From positions 1-17,008 of the forward strand of contig JBGGMM010000245.1 in assembly GCA_041288045.1 (NCBI GenBank): DNA of 17,008 nucleotides, given 5' to 3'. Below are positions 1 through 9,767 of this stretch, piece after piece; within the stretch, counting starts at the first letter, position 1; each line of letters begins with the position of its first letter. Source of the DNA: Pseudobdellovibrionaceae bacterium. Lineage in GTDB: Bacteria; Bdellovibrionota; Bdellovibrionia; Bdellovibrionales; Bdellovibrionaceae. A program made the position numbers and the translations under genes. The notes beneath the pieces are model-generated. The model was not told the origin of the DNA, made no database searches, and saw only the letters and a list, made by a program, of their open reading frames with translations.

Positions 1-759
1 CATAAAAAAGGCTCTTTCACGGGAGCTGTCGCTGATAAGGCAGGTCTTTTTGAAGTGGCTGACGGCGGGACCTTGTTTCTAGATGAGGTTGGTGAATTGC
101 CGCTGACCATTCAGGTGAAGCTCTTGCGGGCAATTCAGGAAAGAGTGATTCGCCGGGTGGGAGCGACTGATGACATCAAAATCGATGTTCGGATTTGTGC
201 TGCCACCAATCGGGAACTTGAAGAAATGGTCAAAGACGGAAGCTTTCGTCAGGATCTCTTTTATCGTTTGAATGTGATCAACATCAAAACTCCGTCCTTG
301 CGCGATCGTCGTGATGATATTCCTCTTTTGGCCAATCACTTCTTAAAAAAATACAATGACCGCCTGACCAAAACCATTGGTGCCATCAGTGCCGAGGCCA
401 TGGAAATGCTCAAAAAATATGATTATCCAGGAAACGTGCGAGAACTGGAAAACATCATTGAGAGAACGGTGGCGCTGGAAGGCGGAGCGACGATTCTTCC
501 TGAAAGCTTGCCGCCTTTTGTGAACACTCCAACCGGACGAAAGATGGCCTCTTCACATGAAATTGAAATTGGTGAGGATGGCATTGATCTCGATCGGGTT
601 ATGGGACAAATCGAAAAAGAGCTTTTGGTGAAAGCCATTCATGCCACCAATGGTGTGAAGAAAAAAGCTGCCAAGCTTTTGCACATCACTTTCCGCTCGA
701 TGCGCTACCGTGTTGAAAAATACGGTTTGGGTTCAGCGGATGATTTGGATGATGAATAA
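1..759 (+). CDS. pilR: Sigma54-dependent activator, PilR-like (5'-truncated by the window edge; AAA+ and Fis-type HTH)
   Basis: Frame 1 is open from base 1 ([29 protein letters not shown]). It carries the GSFTGA sigma54-contact loop, Walker B (LFLDE), [11 protein letters not shown] and [10 protein letters not shown]. The C-terminal [21 protein letters not shown] matches the PilR-type FRSxRYR signature. Confidence 0.75.
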   Translation, partial: HKKGSFTGAVADKAGLFEVADGGTLFLDEVGELPLTIQVKLLRAIQERVIRRVGATDDIKIDVRICAATNRELEEMVKDGSFRQDLFYRLNVINIKTPSLRDRRDDIPLLANHFLKKYNDRLTKTIGAISAEAMEMLKKYDYPGNVRELENIIERTVALEGGATILPESLPPFVNTPTGRKMASSHEIEIGEDGIDLDRVMGQIEKELLVKAIHATNGVKKKAAKLLHITFRSMRYRVEKYGLGSADDLDDE

Positions 760-2339
760 TCCCGTTTCAGGACAGTGCTGACTTTTTGAATCAGTTTGTC
801 TTTATCCAAGGGCTTTGTCAGAACATCGTTACAACCCGATTTCAGGCATTTTTTCAAATCTTCTGAATTAGAAAATGCAGTCAACGCGAGAATAGGGCTT
901 TGATTTCCCTGGGCTCGGATCTTGGTTGTTGTCTCATAGCCATCCATGCCCGGCATCTGAATGTCCATCAAGACCAAATCAAATTGGCTGGAATTCAAAA
1001 TATCAAGCGCTTTAGATCCATTGGTCACAGTGACCACATCCAAATTCAAAGGGCGCAAATACATTTGCAACAGAGTGAGATTGTCCTTGCAGTCATCAAC
1101 CAGCAAAACCTTCGAAATTGGTTTCATTTCAGAAGGCAGGGGTTCTATTGTTTCAACTGCAATTTGATCACAAGAATTTTCAAGCACTGGCAAGGAGGGA
1201 GCCAAACTATGGTGAAGATGCAAAGTGGCTTCAAACAAACTTCCGACTCCGGGCTCCGAGTGAACCAAGCGCAGATCTCCGTCCATCGCTCGGACGATTT
1301 CCCGAGAGATCACAAGACCTAGGCCGGTTCCGCCATAGTGACGGGAAGTCGAAGAGTCCGCTTGCATAAAAGGTTGAAACAGCCGAGCTGATTGCTCTTT
1401 GGTCATTCCAAGTCCACTGTCTTGAACTCGCAAGGTCAAAAGACTTTGCTGGGAATCCTGTCGTTGAAGGTCGAAACTGAGAGAGACAGTGCCTTTCTCT
1501 GTGAATTTGATAGCGTTTCCTGCCAGATTCAGAAGGACCTGTTTGATTCGACTGGGATCACCAAAAAAAACAGATTCTTGGAAATTGAGCTGGTGAAAAT
1601 CCAATTGAATCCCTTTTTCGGAAGCTTTCAGAGTCAAGGTTTTCTCAACGTCAATGAGAAGCTCCTGCAGATTGAATTCGATTTTTTCAATTGCGATTTT
1701 GTTGGCTTCCAGTTTTGAAAGATCCAAAATATCATCAATCAATCGTTTGAGAAGCTCACCATTTCGTCGAATGGCGGACGAAAAATCAGCCTGCTCCTGA
1801 GGAGTCAGTTCTCCTTGTACCAAAAGTTCTGAAAATCCAAGGACAGCTGAAAGAGGAGTCCTAATCTCGTGAGACATATTGGCAAGAAATCGACTTTTTG
1901 CAATGGTTGCCGCCTCGGCATCTTTTTTGAGCTTTTCCAAAAGGCGTTTTTGCTGATGAAGCTCGACGAACACTCGGACCTTGCTACGGACTGTGTGCGC
2001 GTTCAAAGGCTTGAAAAGAACATCGACGGCTCCCGTTTCGTAGCCTTCAAACAAAGTGGCTGAATCTTGCGCTTGGGCCGTGACGAAAATAATTGGCAGA
2101 TTTTTGTACCTTTGAACTCCACGAATGAGTCGTGCGAGCTCAAATCCGGTCATGACCGGCATCTGGACATCCAAAAGGGCAAGGCCAAAATTCTTTAAAA
2201 CCAAGAGTTCGAGCGCTTCATCGGCATTGGAGGCAGAGTGAACTCGAATGTCCGGCTCTGATAGAAGAGATTTCAAAGCAATGATATTTTCAGGGCGATC
2301 ATCAACAATGAGAATGTCAGTCGGCGTTAAGCTTTCCAT
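705..2339 (-). CDS. Cytoplasmic hybrid histidine kinase (REC-HisKA-HATPase_c-REC)
   Basis: N-terminal REC (ILIVDD...LALLDVQMP...FKP), H-box [17 protein letters not shown]-box [11 protein letters not shown]-boxes DSGLG and YGGTGLGL, and C-terminal REC (LLVDD...LVLMDIQMP...LTKP). No transmembrane segment. RBS AAGGAGGT at 2350-2343 lies inside cheB. Confidence 0.93.
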   Translation of the reverse strand: MESLTPTDILIVDDRPENIIALKSLLSEPDIRVHSASNADEALELLVLKNFGLALLDVQMPVMTGFELARLIRGVQRYKNLPIIFVTAQAQDSATLFEGYETGAVDVLFKPLNAHTVRSKVRVFVELHQQKRLLEKLKKDAEAATIAKSRFLANMSHEIRTPLSAVLGFSELLVQGELTPQEQADFSSAIRRNGELLKRLIDDILDLSKLEANKIAIEKIEFNLQELLIDVEKTLTLKASEKGIQLDFHQLNFQESVFFGDPSRIKQVLLNLAGNAIKFTEKGTVSLSFDLQRQDSQQSLLTLRVQDSGLGMTKEQSARLFQPFMQADSSTSRHYGGTGLGLVISREIVRAMDGDLRLVHSEPGVGSLFEATLHLHHSLAPSLPVLENSCDQIAVETIEPLPSEMKPISKVLLVDDCKDNLTLLQMYLRPLNLDVVTVTNGSKALDILNSSQFDLVLMDIQMPGMDGYETTTKIRAQGNQSPILALTAFSNSEDLKKCLKSGCNDVLTKPLDKDKLIQKVSTVLKRDYSSSKSSAEPKPYFSTR

Positions 2340-2917
2340 TCTACCTCCTTGCGAATTGAGCTGGCTAAGAAATTTCGGATGTCCTCAAGCTTGAGAATAA
2401 AATCAGGGCGAAACAACTGGAGAGCCGAAGCTGGCATGGCTGAAGCGGCGGCTTCCATCGGATCTTGAACGACAGTTCGGCCCCCGTTTTTATGAATGGC
2501 CAAGAGGCCAGATGCTCCGTCTTCATTGGCACCCGTTAAGAGAATTCCAGTGAGATTTTTCTGAAAAACCAATGAGGCAGATTCAAAAAGCACATCGATC
2601 GAAGGCCTGGAATAATGCACGGGTTCTTCTTGTGAAAGAGAGAAAGTCTGATTTTCTTCGATCAGCAAATGGTAGCCCGCTGGCGCAAAGTAAATCGTTT
2701 GGCTTTCAATCTGCATTTTATCCTGAGCTTCCTGGCAGCGAATTCCAGACCCTGGCTGGAGAAGCGCAGAAAACTGCACGTCGGAATGCTCTGGTAAATG
2801 TAAGACTACCACAATCGGAGTCGGCAGTCGGATCGGAAAGGAATTGAGTATTTTTTGAATTGCGGCGACCCCACCGGCAGAAGCGCCGATGACGGTCAAA
2901 GACTCACCGTTTTTCAC
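2327..2917 (-). CDS. cheB: Stand-alone CheB-type protein-glutamate methylesterase (no REC domain)
   Basis: Catalytic triad motifs GASAGG (Ser), VLHLP (His) and LTGANEDGA (Asp), plus RPSIDVLFES. It is 196 aa, catalytic domain only. The GTG start overlaps the cheR stop (GTGA at 2917-2914). Confidence 0.92.
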   Translation of the reverse strand: MKNGESLTVIGASAGGVAAIQKILNSFPIRLPTPIVVVLHLPEHSDVQFSALLQPGSGIRCQEAQDKMQIESQTIYFAPAGYHLLIEENQTFSLSQEEPVHYSRPSIDVLFESASLVFQKNLTGILLTGANEDGASGLLAIHKNGGRTVVQDPMEAAASAMPASALQLFRPDFILKLEDIRNFLASSIRKEVEWKA

Positions 2918-3780
2918 GAGGGCCTCCGTTTCGAATTTTCAAATAGAGACTCACCACCCAATTCAAATGTCGGTTTCTTTTGGTAACAGTGTTGTTTTTC
3001 ATCCAGAACAGAAAAATGCTGATAGGACTGGGAAAATCTCAGATTCTCTTTGCTGCCGATCCCCAGAAAACCACGTTCGATCAGAGATTCCTGGAACAGA
3101 TGAAAAACCCTGTTTTGCAGGTTCTGATCAAAATAAATCAAAACATTGCGGCAGATGATCAGGTGGAACTCGGCAAATGGAGCGTCAGTGGCCAAATTGT
3201 GTTCAGAAAAAACCACATTGTCGCAGAGGCTAGAGTCAAAAATCGCCGAGCCATAATTGGATGTATAATAGTCAGATGGCGGATTTTTTCCACCGCTTTG
3301 AAGATACTGTCGAGTGAAAGACTGCACGGCTCGGTTGTCGAAAATTCCGTCCCGGGCTTTTTGCAAAGAGGCAGGATTGATATCCGTTGCGAAAATTGTT
3401 GTTTTCTCAAAAAGACCCGATTCCTTTAGCAGAATAGCAAGACTGTAAAGCTCCTCGCCAGTGCTGCAACCAGCAACCCACATTTGCAAGGAGGGATAGG
3501 TGGCCAGTACCGGAAAAATTTTTTCTCGCAAAGCTTTGAAAAAAAGAGGATCCCTGAAAAATTCTGTCGTGCCAATTGTCATTTGTGAAAGGATTCGGCG
3601 AAAGGCTGTCCGATCCTGCAGAAGGAGCTGCAGAAGCTGCAAGAGGTTTTCACATTTTTCTCTGTCCAAAATGTTGCCCAAGCGTCGATCGAAAGAGGCC
3701 TTTGAGTAGTGACGGAAATCATACCCGTACTTCAAAAAAACCCCTTCAATAAATAGTTGGCGCTCCACTGGATCAATCAT
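2914..3780 (-). CDS. cheR: CheR-type protein-glutamate O-methyltransferase
   Basis: Motifs YGYDFRHY, TEFFRDP, WVAGCSTGEELYS, ATDIN and CRNVLIYFD. Start placed at ATG 3780 (288 aa). GTG 3786, which overlaps the upstream TGA, is an alternative. The track start at 3813 lies inside the upstream gene. Confidence 0.93.
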   Translation of the reverse strand: MIDPVERQLFIEGVFLKYGYDFRHYSKASFDRRLGNILDREKCENLLQLLQLLLQDRTAFRRILSQMTIGTTEFFRDPLFFKALREKIFPVLATYPSLQMWVAGCSTGEELYSLAILLKESGLFEKTTIFATDINPASLQKARDGIFDNRAVQSFTRQYLQSGGKNPPSDYYTSNYGSAIFDSSLCDNVVFSEHNLATDAPFAEFHLIICRNVLIYFDQNLQNRVFHLFQESLIERGFLGIGSKENLRFSQSYQHFSVLDEKQHCYQKKPTFELGGESLFENSKRRPS

Positions 3781-3782
3781 TC

Positions 3783-6700
3783 TCACAAAAAGATCCCTTT
3801 CGGTGTCAGCCAAACCCGCATCACAGAGAGAAGATTTCCGAGATTCAAAGGCTTAGCCAAATAATCATTGGCTCCAGCTTCGATGCATCTTTCCTGATCC
3901 TCTTTCATTGCTTTGGCGGTCAAAGCGATGATTGGCAGATCCCGAAACTGGCTCTGCTGGCGAATGCGCCGAATCGCTTCGAGGCCATCCATTTTGGGCA
4001 TCATCAGATCCATCAAGACTAAATCTGAATCCGGGTGGAGGCTGAGCGATTCAAGAGCTTCAAGTCCGTTTTTGGCAATTCGCACCGCCAGCCCCTTGCT
4101 TTCAAGAGCGCTGGTCAGGGCAAAGACATTTCGGAGATCATCGTCAACTAATAGAACTGTTTTGCCTTCAAAGTTTTTCTCTTGCGATCTTAGGTGCTGC
4201 AGGATGTCCTGCTTTTCCTGCGGCAAAAGGGATTCGACTCGGTGAAGGAAAAGATTCACTTCATCCAAAAGCCTTTCTGGTGAGCGGGCTCCTTTGATGA
4301 TGATGCTTTCTGAGTACTTCCTCAGAGTTTGCTCTTCTGTTCTTGTCAGATCCTTGCCTGTGTAAATCACAATCGGAGGAACCGAAACTGGCAAAGAATT
4401 GATGCGTTCGAGGAACTCAAAACCCGACATATCCGGTAAATTCAAATCCAGAATGATGCAATCCACAGATTGGCTTTCGACTTTCGAAAGGGCGTCCTGA
4501 CCTGTACCTGCGAGCAGAATTTCGGTGTCTTGTCCAGCCACCAGCTGAGCCACGGCTTCTCGTTGCCTTTCATCGTCTTCGATGATCAAAAGATTTTTCA
4601 CTCTTTTCTCAATCATTGCTTCAATACGAGTCAGCGCCGATCGAACCTTATCTAACGTCACCGGCTTGCTGAGATATCCCAGAGCACCCATCCGAAGGGC
4701 ATTGGTCTGATATTCAAGTGCTGAAATCATGTGAACTGGAATGTGCCGAAGCTTTGAGTCCTGTTTAATGGCTTCAAGCAATCCAAGTCCGCTCATCCCT
4801 GGCAACTTGATATCAAGCAGAATGGCCGTGGGACAATGCAATTGCAAAACCTGCAAAGCCACTTCCGACGAATCCGCTTCAATGGCTGAAAAGCCATAGG
4901 ACTCCACGGTTTCAGCCATGGATTTTCGGAAAACCCGATCGTCTTCGACAATCAAAATCGAATTTCGTTCATTCCCCAAATTTTTCAGAGCCGCTTTTGC
5001 GGTTTCTTGAACTTCATGATTTTTTTGCTCAACAAAAGGTTTGGCTGCTGTCTGAGGCCGGCCTGGAAGGACAGTCTGGGCGGGAAGGGCTTCGGATTGG
5101 AAGTGCAAGGGCAGAATCAACGAAAACTCACTCCCCACATTCTCTTGGGATTGCAGTTCAATTTGACCTCCGAGCAGCGAAGCCAGTTCTCGTGAAATTG
5201 TTAGGCCCAGGCCGGTGCCTCCGAATTTTCGGCTGACACTGCCATCGGCCTGTTCAAATGCTTCAAAAATCAAATCTTTCTTTTCCTCTGGAATTCCTGT
5301 TCCTGTGTCTTGAACAGAGATTCGGATTCTTCCTGGGTCGCCAGTTTGCAATCCCGCTTTCAGCCGGACTTGGCCTTTATCCGTGAATTTGATGGCATTT
5401 GAGAGAAAATTTCTCAAAATCTGTTCCAAGCGCATGGGATCTGATTGCAATTGAAAATTTTGAAGTTCGGGCGCGATCTCAATTTGAAGATCGATTTTTT
5501 TGCTGCTCGCTTGAGGTTCAAAAGTATTTTTCAAGCGTTCGAAAAAATGACCCAGGGCAAACTTCTCGATACGCAATTGAAGTTTGCGAGCTTCGATTTT
5601 AGAGAGATCCAAAATATCATTGATGAGATTCAGAAGATCATTGCCAGAATTGTACATGGTTTTGGCAAAATCTTTTTGCTGATCGGTGAGATTTTTTTCT
5701 TTGTTCTCAATCAGCAAAGTCGCCAGAATCAAAAGACTGTTGAGAGGAGTTCTCAGCTCATGCGACATTTTGGCCAGAAAGTCTGATTTGTACTGGCTGA
5801 TCTTTTCCAGATCCTGAGCTTTTGTCTCGAGAGAATTTCGAGATCTTTCCAGTTCTTCATTTTGGCGGTGAACGATTTCTTGCTGAGCTTCCAAAGCGCG
5901 GGCCTGCTGCTCCAATTCTTCGTTGTTGGTGCGAAGTTCTTCTTGCTGGGTCTGCAGTTCTTCGGCTTGTTGCTGCGTTTCTTCCAGCAGCAGTTGGAGG
6001 CGAGACTGATACAATGTCGAATTCAGATTGACTGCCAGAGGTTCGCGAACTTCTTCGAGTAGCTGCAGGTGATTTGGATCCGGCACTTTTAAAAATGCCA
6101 ATTCAATCACGCCGAGAGGCATTTTCTGAAACTGGAGCGGAACAAAAGTTAAAGCCGTGGGCGAGGCAGAAACCAGGCTCGAAGATATTTTCAAAGAATC
6201 AGATGGCAGATCCTGAACCATCCAAATATCGTCTTTTTTGAGAGCTTCGGAAACCAAAGTGCTGTTTTCAATTTGCTCAGGCGCTGAAAGTAATCCTTGG
6301 ACTTCAGGGCCAGCGAATGAAGCTACTCTTTTCAGTCGGCCACTGTCTTTCAAATAGAGATTTCCGGCCAGGGCTCCGCAAGTGTGAGCCAACTGGGTCA
6401 ATGCTCCTTCGCAGGCTTTTTCGAGACTGTTTGTTTTAGCCAAGAAGAGTGAAATTTCATTGGCTTTGGTGTTGAGCCATGCCTGCAAATTTTTATTTTG
6501 AATTTCAATGAGATTTTTTCTTTCATTGCGGATGATCAGCCAATAGGCCAGCAGAATCAAAGTCAAAGTCAGCGCAAAAGAGCCGATCACATTCCATTGA
6601 AAAAGACTGCGGCTTTTTTCTGCGGATTTCGTGCGAGCGGCCAGCAAATCAGTTTCATTGTCGCGAATTTTTTGCAATTGGTTTCTGAGAACCTCCATTC

Positions 6701-7154
6701 GGATGAATCCCATCTCGAAGGCGGCTTTGCGATTTTCGACTGAAAGCCGCCTGTAGTTGGAAAGCTTCTCAAGCGGCTCCATTCGGGCTTTGATGGCCAC
6801 TTCCAGAGATTTGATATTTCTCTGTTGTTCGGGGTTATCGGCCGTGAGTTCTTTCAAGCGTGTCACGTGTTTCCACACGAAGACGCTTTGCTGCTGATAG
6901 GGGACCAGGTAATCCGGTTGTCCCATCAGAACATATCCACGAATCGAGCTTTCGGACTCGGAAATAGAGGAGTGGACAGCAGAAAGCTCCTCAAGCACAT
7001 CATGAGTCTTTCGCACCCAGCCCTCTTGATTGCTGACGTTTTGAAAGTTGTTGTAAAGGTACCAGACATTCAAACCCAAGATGGTGATGAACAAAGCGAG
7101 AAAGAGATGAATCCCCAGGATTTTTGTCTCTGATTTATTAAAAACTGGGTTCAT
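3783..7154 (-). CDS. Membrane hybrid sensor kinase: TM-CHASE3-TM-GAF-coiled coil-HisKA-HATPase_c-REC-REC-REC
   Basis: Two hydrophobic segments flank the CHASE3 motifs (WVRKTHDV...[19 protein letters not shown]...LTADNPEQQ). These are followed by a GAF-like segment (VPL...LGVIELA), H-box [26 protein letters not shown] and FGGTGLGL. Three RECs have an intact acidic pocket, Asp and Lys (LLDIKLP, ILDLNLP, LMDLMMP). The start overlaps the Hpt stop (ATGA). Confidence 0.93.
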   Translation of the reverse strand: MNPVFNKSETKILGIHLFLALFITILGLNVWYLYNNFQNVSNQEGWVRKTHDVLEELSAVHSSISESESSIRGYVLMGQPDYLVPYQQQSVFVWKHVTRLKELTADNPEQQRNIKSLEVAIKARMEPLEKLSNYRRLSVENRKAAFEMGFIRMEVLRNQLQKIRDNETDLLAARTKSAEKSRSLFQWNVIGSFALTLTLILLAYWLIIRNERKNLIEIQNKNLQAWLNTKANEISLFLAKTNSLEKACEGALTQLAHTCGALAGNLYLKDSGRLKRVASFAGPEVQGLLSAPEQIENSTLVSEALKKDDIWMVQDLPSDSLKISSSLVSASPTALTFVPLQFQKMPLGVIELAFLKVPDPNHLQLLEEVREPLAVNLNSTLYQSRLQLLLEETQQQAEELQTQQEELRTNNEELEQQARALEAQQEIVHRQNEELERSRNSLETKAQDLEKISQYKSDFLAKMSHELRTPLNSLLILATLLIENKEKNLTDQQKDFAKTMYNSGNDLLNLINDILDLSKIEARKLQLRIEKFALGHFFERLKNTFEPQASSKKIDLQIEIAPELQNFQLQSDPMRLEQILRNFLSNAIKFTDKGQVRLKAGLQTGDPGRIRISVQDTGTGIPEEKKDLIFEAFEQADGSVSRKFGGTGLGLTISRELASLLGGQIELQSQENVGSEFSLILPLHFQSEALPAQTVLPGRPQTAAKPFVEQKNHEVQETAKAALKNLGNERNSILIVEDDRVFRKSMAETVESYGFSAIEADSSEVALQVLQLHCPTAILLDIKLPGMSGLGLLEAIKQDSKLRHIPVHMISALEYQTNALRMGALGYLSKPVTLDKVRSALTRIEAMIEKRVKNLLIIEDDERQREAVAQLVAGQDTEILLAGTGQDALSKVESQSVDCIILDLNLPDMSGFEFLERINSLPVSVPPIVIYTGKDLTRTEEQTLRKYSESIIIKGARSPERLLDEVNLFLHRVESLLPQEKQDILQHLRSQEKNFEGKTVLLVDDDLRNVFALTSALESKGLAVRIAKNGLEALESLSLHPDSDLVLMDLMMPKMDGLEAIRRIRQQSQFRDLPIIALTAKAMKEDQERCIEAGANDYLAKPLNLGNLLSVMRVWLTPKGIFL

Positions 7155-7459
7155 GATTCATCTCCTAGGAAAGAAGCTGGGCGAGGATGACTGTCCACCC
7201 AGTTGGTGAAATCAACGGCCAAAAAGCGAAGTTGATTGAGATTTTTTTCTTTTGCCGAATTTTCCATTTTTTCGCCAAGACTTGAGAGTTCAGGAAAGCC
7301 GAAGGAAACTCCATTGCCTTTCATTCGATGACCAATGCGGCTGATTTCCTGAAAATCAGAAGTTTTCAACGATTTTAAAAAACTTTTCAGCTCTTCATGC
7401 CGGCGCAAGATGAACTGGTTTTTCAGTTCGTCAGAGAGGAAGGGGGGATTGTTGCTCAT
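7151..7459 (-). CDS. Stand-alone Hpt (histidine phosphotransfer) protein
   Basis: About 102 aa and helical, with the Hpt motif [28 protein letters not shown] 7459 is preceded by AAGGA. The stop overlaps the sensor kinase start. Confidence 0.85.
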   Translation of the reverse strand: MSNNPPFLSDELKNQFILRRHEELKSFLKSLKTSDFQEISRIGHRMKGNGVSFGFPELSSLGEKMENSAKEKNLNQLRFLAVDFTNWVDSHPRPASFLGDES

Positions 7460-8843
7460 TTTCAATTTCCTTCAGCTTCCGATAGAGAGTTTTTCGATCC
7501 ATGGCCAGTTCCTTAGCGGTTCGATCCCGCTGACCTTGGTTTTTCTTGAGGACTTCCAGAATGTATTTTTTTGTCAGTGATTCCAATGTCCAGGCGCCAG
7601 CGAGAGCCTCGCTCATGGGTGGCTGAACTGATTTTGCCAAAGCCACTGATTCGTTCGGTAAAGAAGTGTCGCCCAGCTCAATCAGGTCCATGACCTGAAC
7701 TTGCGGTTCTTGAGCTAAAATCACGGAGCGCTCGATGGTGTTTTCAAGTTCCCTGACATTGCCTTTCCAGGGGTGTTTCAAAAGCCATGTAATGGCCTCA
7801 CGAGAAAAACTTCGGGCTGGTGATTCGTTGAGAGTGGCGTATTTTCTGAGGAAGAATTCTGCCAAAGGTAAAATATCTTCCTGCCTTTCACGCAGTGGCG
7901 GCAGGCTCAGTGGGATGACATGCAATCGAAAATAGAGATCCTCGCGGAAGCGGTGGTGAGCGACTTCGGTTTTGAGATCTCGGTGAGTGGCTGAAATGAT
8001 GCGAACATTCAGGTCGCGCTCTTGGTTTTCGCCGACGCGTTTGACTTTCCGTTCTTGAATCACTCGCAACAGTTTCGCTTGTAAAGGCAAACTCATATCG
8101 CCAATTTCGTCCAAGAAAAGAGTTCCGCCTTCCGCTTCTTCAAAGAGTCCGATTTTATGATCGGAGGCGCCGGTGAAGGACCCTTTGGCATGACCAAAGA
8201 GTTCGCTTTCCAAGAGATTTTCAGGAATGGCAGAGCAATTGATGGCAATAAAGGGTCCGTCTTTTCTGGGGCTCATTTGATGAATGGAGCGAGCGAGGAC
8301 TTCTTTGCCAGTGCCGCTTTCCCCCCAGATGGCAATATTGGCTTGGCTTTTGGCCACTCGCCTGGCGAGATCCAAGACTTTTAAAAAGGCCGGGCTTTTG
8401 CCCTTGATCTGTCCAAGGCCTGTGCCTTCTTTCAATTGAATGACGGATTTAAGGACTTGGTTTTCTGATTCCAAACGGTGAAATCGCAAAGCTCTTTCAG
8501 CGGAAATTTGCAATTGCGAATAGTTGAGAGGTTTCACCACATAATCAATGGCTCCGGCAGAGATGGCTTGCATGGCCGTTTCTACATCGCGATCTCCAGT
8601 GATCAAAATGACCGGGATGAGCAATTGGTTTTCCTGCAATTTCTGAATCAATTGAATGCCTGAAATTTTTGGCATTCTCAGATCCACAATCACCAAATCG
8701 GGGGATTCCTTCTTTTTGAGAAGGTCCTTCAAGCTGACTTCGGCGTCTTCGGAAATCATCACTTGGTGATCCTTCTGTCGAAAGAAGGCTGCGGTCATTT
8801 CTGCTAATTCGAGGTCGTCGTCGATAATAAGAATTTTTGCCAT
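7431..8843 (-). CDS. NtrC/AtoC-family sigma54-dependent response regulator (REC-AAA+-Fis HTH)
   Basis: REC (KILIIDDD...LVIVDLRMP...VVKP), Walker A GESGTGKE, ESELFGHAKGSFTGA, Walker [16 protein letters not shown] and HTH TAKELAMDRKTLYRKL. ATG 8843 is preferred over TTG 8873 because the REC domain starts immediately after it. Confidence 0.93.
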   Translation of the reverse strand: MAKILIIDDDLELAEMTAAFFRQKDHQVMISEDAEVSLKDLLKKKESPDLVIVDLRMPKISGIQLIQKLQENQLLIPVILITGDRDVETAMQAISAGAIDYVVKPLNYSQLQISAERALRFHRLESENQVLKSVIQLKEGTGLGQIKGKSPAFLKVLDLARRVAKSQANIAIWGESGTGKEVLARSIHQMSPRKDGPFIAINCSAIPENLLESELFGHAKGSFTGASDHKIGLFEEAEGGTLFLDEIGDMSLPLQAKLLRVIQERKVKRVGENQERDLNVRIISATHRDLKTEVAHHRFREDLYFRLHVIPLSLPPLRERQEDILPLAEFFLRKYATLNESPARSFSREAITWLLKHPWKGNVRELENTIERSVILAQEPQVQVMDLIELGDTSLPNESVALAKSVQPPMSEALAGAWTLESLTKKYILEVLKKNQGQRDRTAKELAMDRKTLYRKLKEIENEQQSPLPL

Positions 8844-8984
8844 AGTGGGGCGCTTTGTATCAGCGCGGGGCAATGGAGATCAAGTCTTCTTGCTTCATCG
8901 GTCAAAATTCCTTTTTTGGGGCATGACTAAATGAATCAAAATCTAAAATTCACCTTCAAATGTAAATTAAGTGGTTTTTAAGGC

Positions 8985-9000
8985 TGGCCAAGCTTTTGCC
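8985..9000 (+). promoter_or_regulatory. Putative sigma54 (-24/-12) promoter for the DUF1328 small-protein operon
   Basis: TGGCCAAGCTTTTGCC has GG at 8986-8987, exactly 10 nt of spacer and GC at 8998-8999, with both TGGC and TTGC elements. The predicted +1 near 9011 is followed by RBS AAAGGAG (9022-9028) and ATG 9035. A sigma54 activator gene starts divergently about 140 bp away. Confidence 0.75.
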
Positions 9001-9034
9001 TTTGTCATGAATCAAACTTTGAAAGGAGTTTTTT

Positions 9035-9217
9035 ATGCTTCGAGCAGCTATTTTGTTTTTTGTACTCGGTCTGATTGCCATTTTATTTGGCGCTAACGGC
9101 ATTGCCGGACTTTCGATGGAAGCAGGAAAGATGCTGCTTTTGGTCTTCGTCGCTTTGGCAGTGATCAGCGTGGTCATTAACCTTGTGACAGGCAAAAAAC
9201 CCCCTCAAGTCTTTTGA
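9035..9217 (+). CDS. DUF1328 / UPF0391 small membrane protein (YtjA-like)
   Basis: MLRAAILFFVLGLIAILFGANGIAGLSMEAGKMLLLVFVALAVISVV follows the DUF1328 pattern of two TM helices joined by FGxxGIAG. Strong RBS. Confidence 0.9.
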   Translation: MLRAAILFFVLGLIAILFGANGIAGLSMEAGKMLLLVFVALAVISVVINLVTGKKPPQVF

Positions 9218-9282
9218 GGATTTGAGGGTGCCTTTCTCTTTTTCCTTCACTCAGCGCGTAATTCAATCAAAGGGAGGTCTTT

Positions 9283-9753
9283 ATGATGAAAACCCAATCC
9301 GCATCTGCAAAAGCCAAAAAGCATGTGCTTCTGGTCGACGATGATCTTGAGTTTTCTTCATGGCTTGCTTCATGTTTGGAAGCCCAATTCAATGTCCAAG
9401 TCACACGAGCATCCAGTGGCTACACGGCGATGAATGAGCTTTTGGACCGCTTCTTCAGTCTTGTCATCTTAGACTGGGACTTGGCAGGAATGAGCGGTTT
9501 CCAAGCACTGAAGCAAGTGGACCAAGCCCTGGAGCTTGAAGATCGACTGCCGTTGCGTGAAGTGGAATCGCGAATCCCGGTAGTGGTTCTTTCCGGGCAT
9601 GAGCCCAGCAAGATCAAATCCGCTAAGCGAGAGAAAAAGCATTTCCGGATTCACAATGTTCTTTCAAAACGTCATGGGATGGAGCATTTGTGCGAGGCCA
9701 TCGGCGCCCTGCTCAATCCCGAGCCAAACGAAAATCAAAAAGTCGCAATTTAA
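9283..9753 (+). CDS. Single-domain response regulator (REC, CheY-like)
   Basis: [15 protein letters not shown] (phospho-Asp), VVVLSG and VLSK. No output domain. RBS AGGGAGG precedes the ATG. Confidence 0.85.
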   Translation: MMKTQSASAKAKKHVLLVDDDLEFSSWLASCLEAQFNVQVTRASSGYTAMNELLDRFFSLVILDWDLAGMSGFQALKQVDQALELEDRLPLREVESRIPVVVLSGHEPSKIKSAKREKKHFRIHNVLSKRHGMEHLCEAIGALLNPEPNENQKVAI

Positions 9754-9767
9754 AAAGGAGTTCGCTT

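Noticed and set aside
8170..8187. GSFTGA instead of GAFTGA in both sigma54 activators as a sign of inactivity
   Set aside because: GSFTGA is a common functional variant, including in PilR-type proteins, and the key Phe-Thr residues are intact.
9202..9243. CCTCAA/TTGAGG alternative hairpins plus a pyrimidine tract after DUF1328
   Set aside because: The stems are short, overlap the stop codon and have an interrupted U-tract. This is too weak to call a terminator, though partial attenuation is possible.
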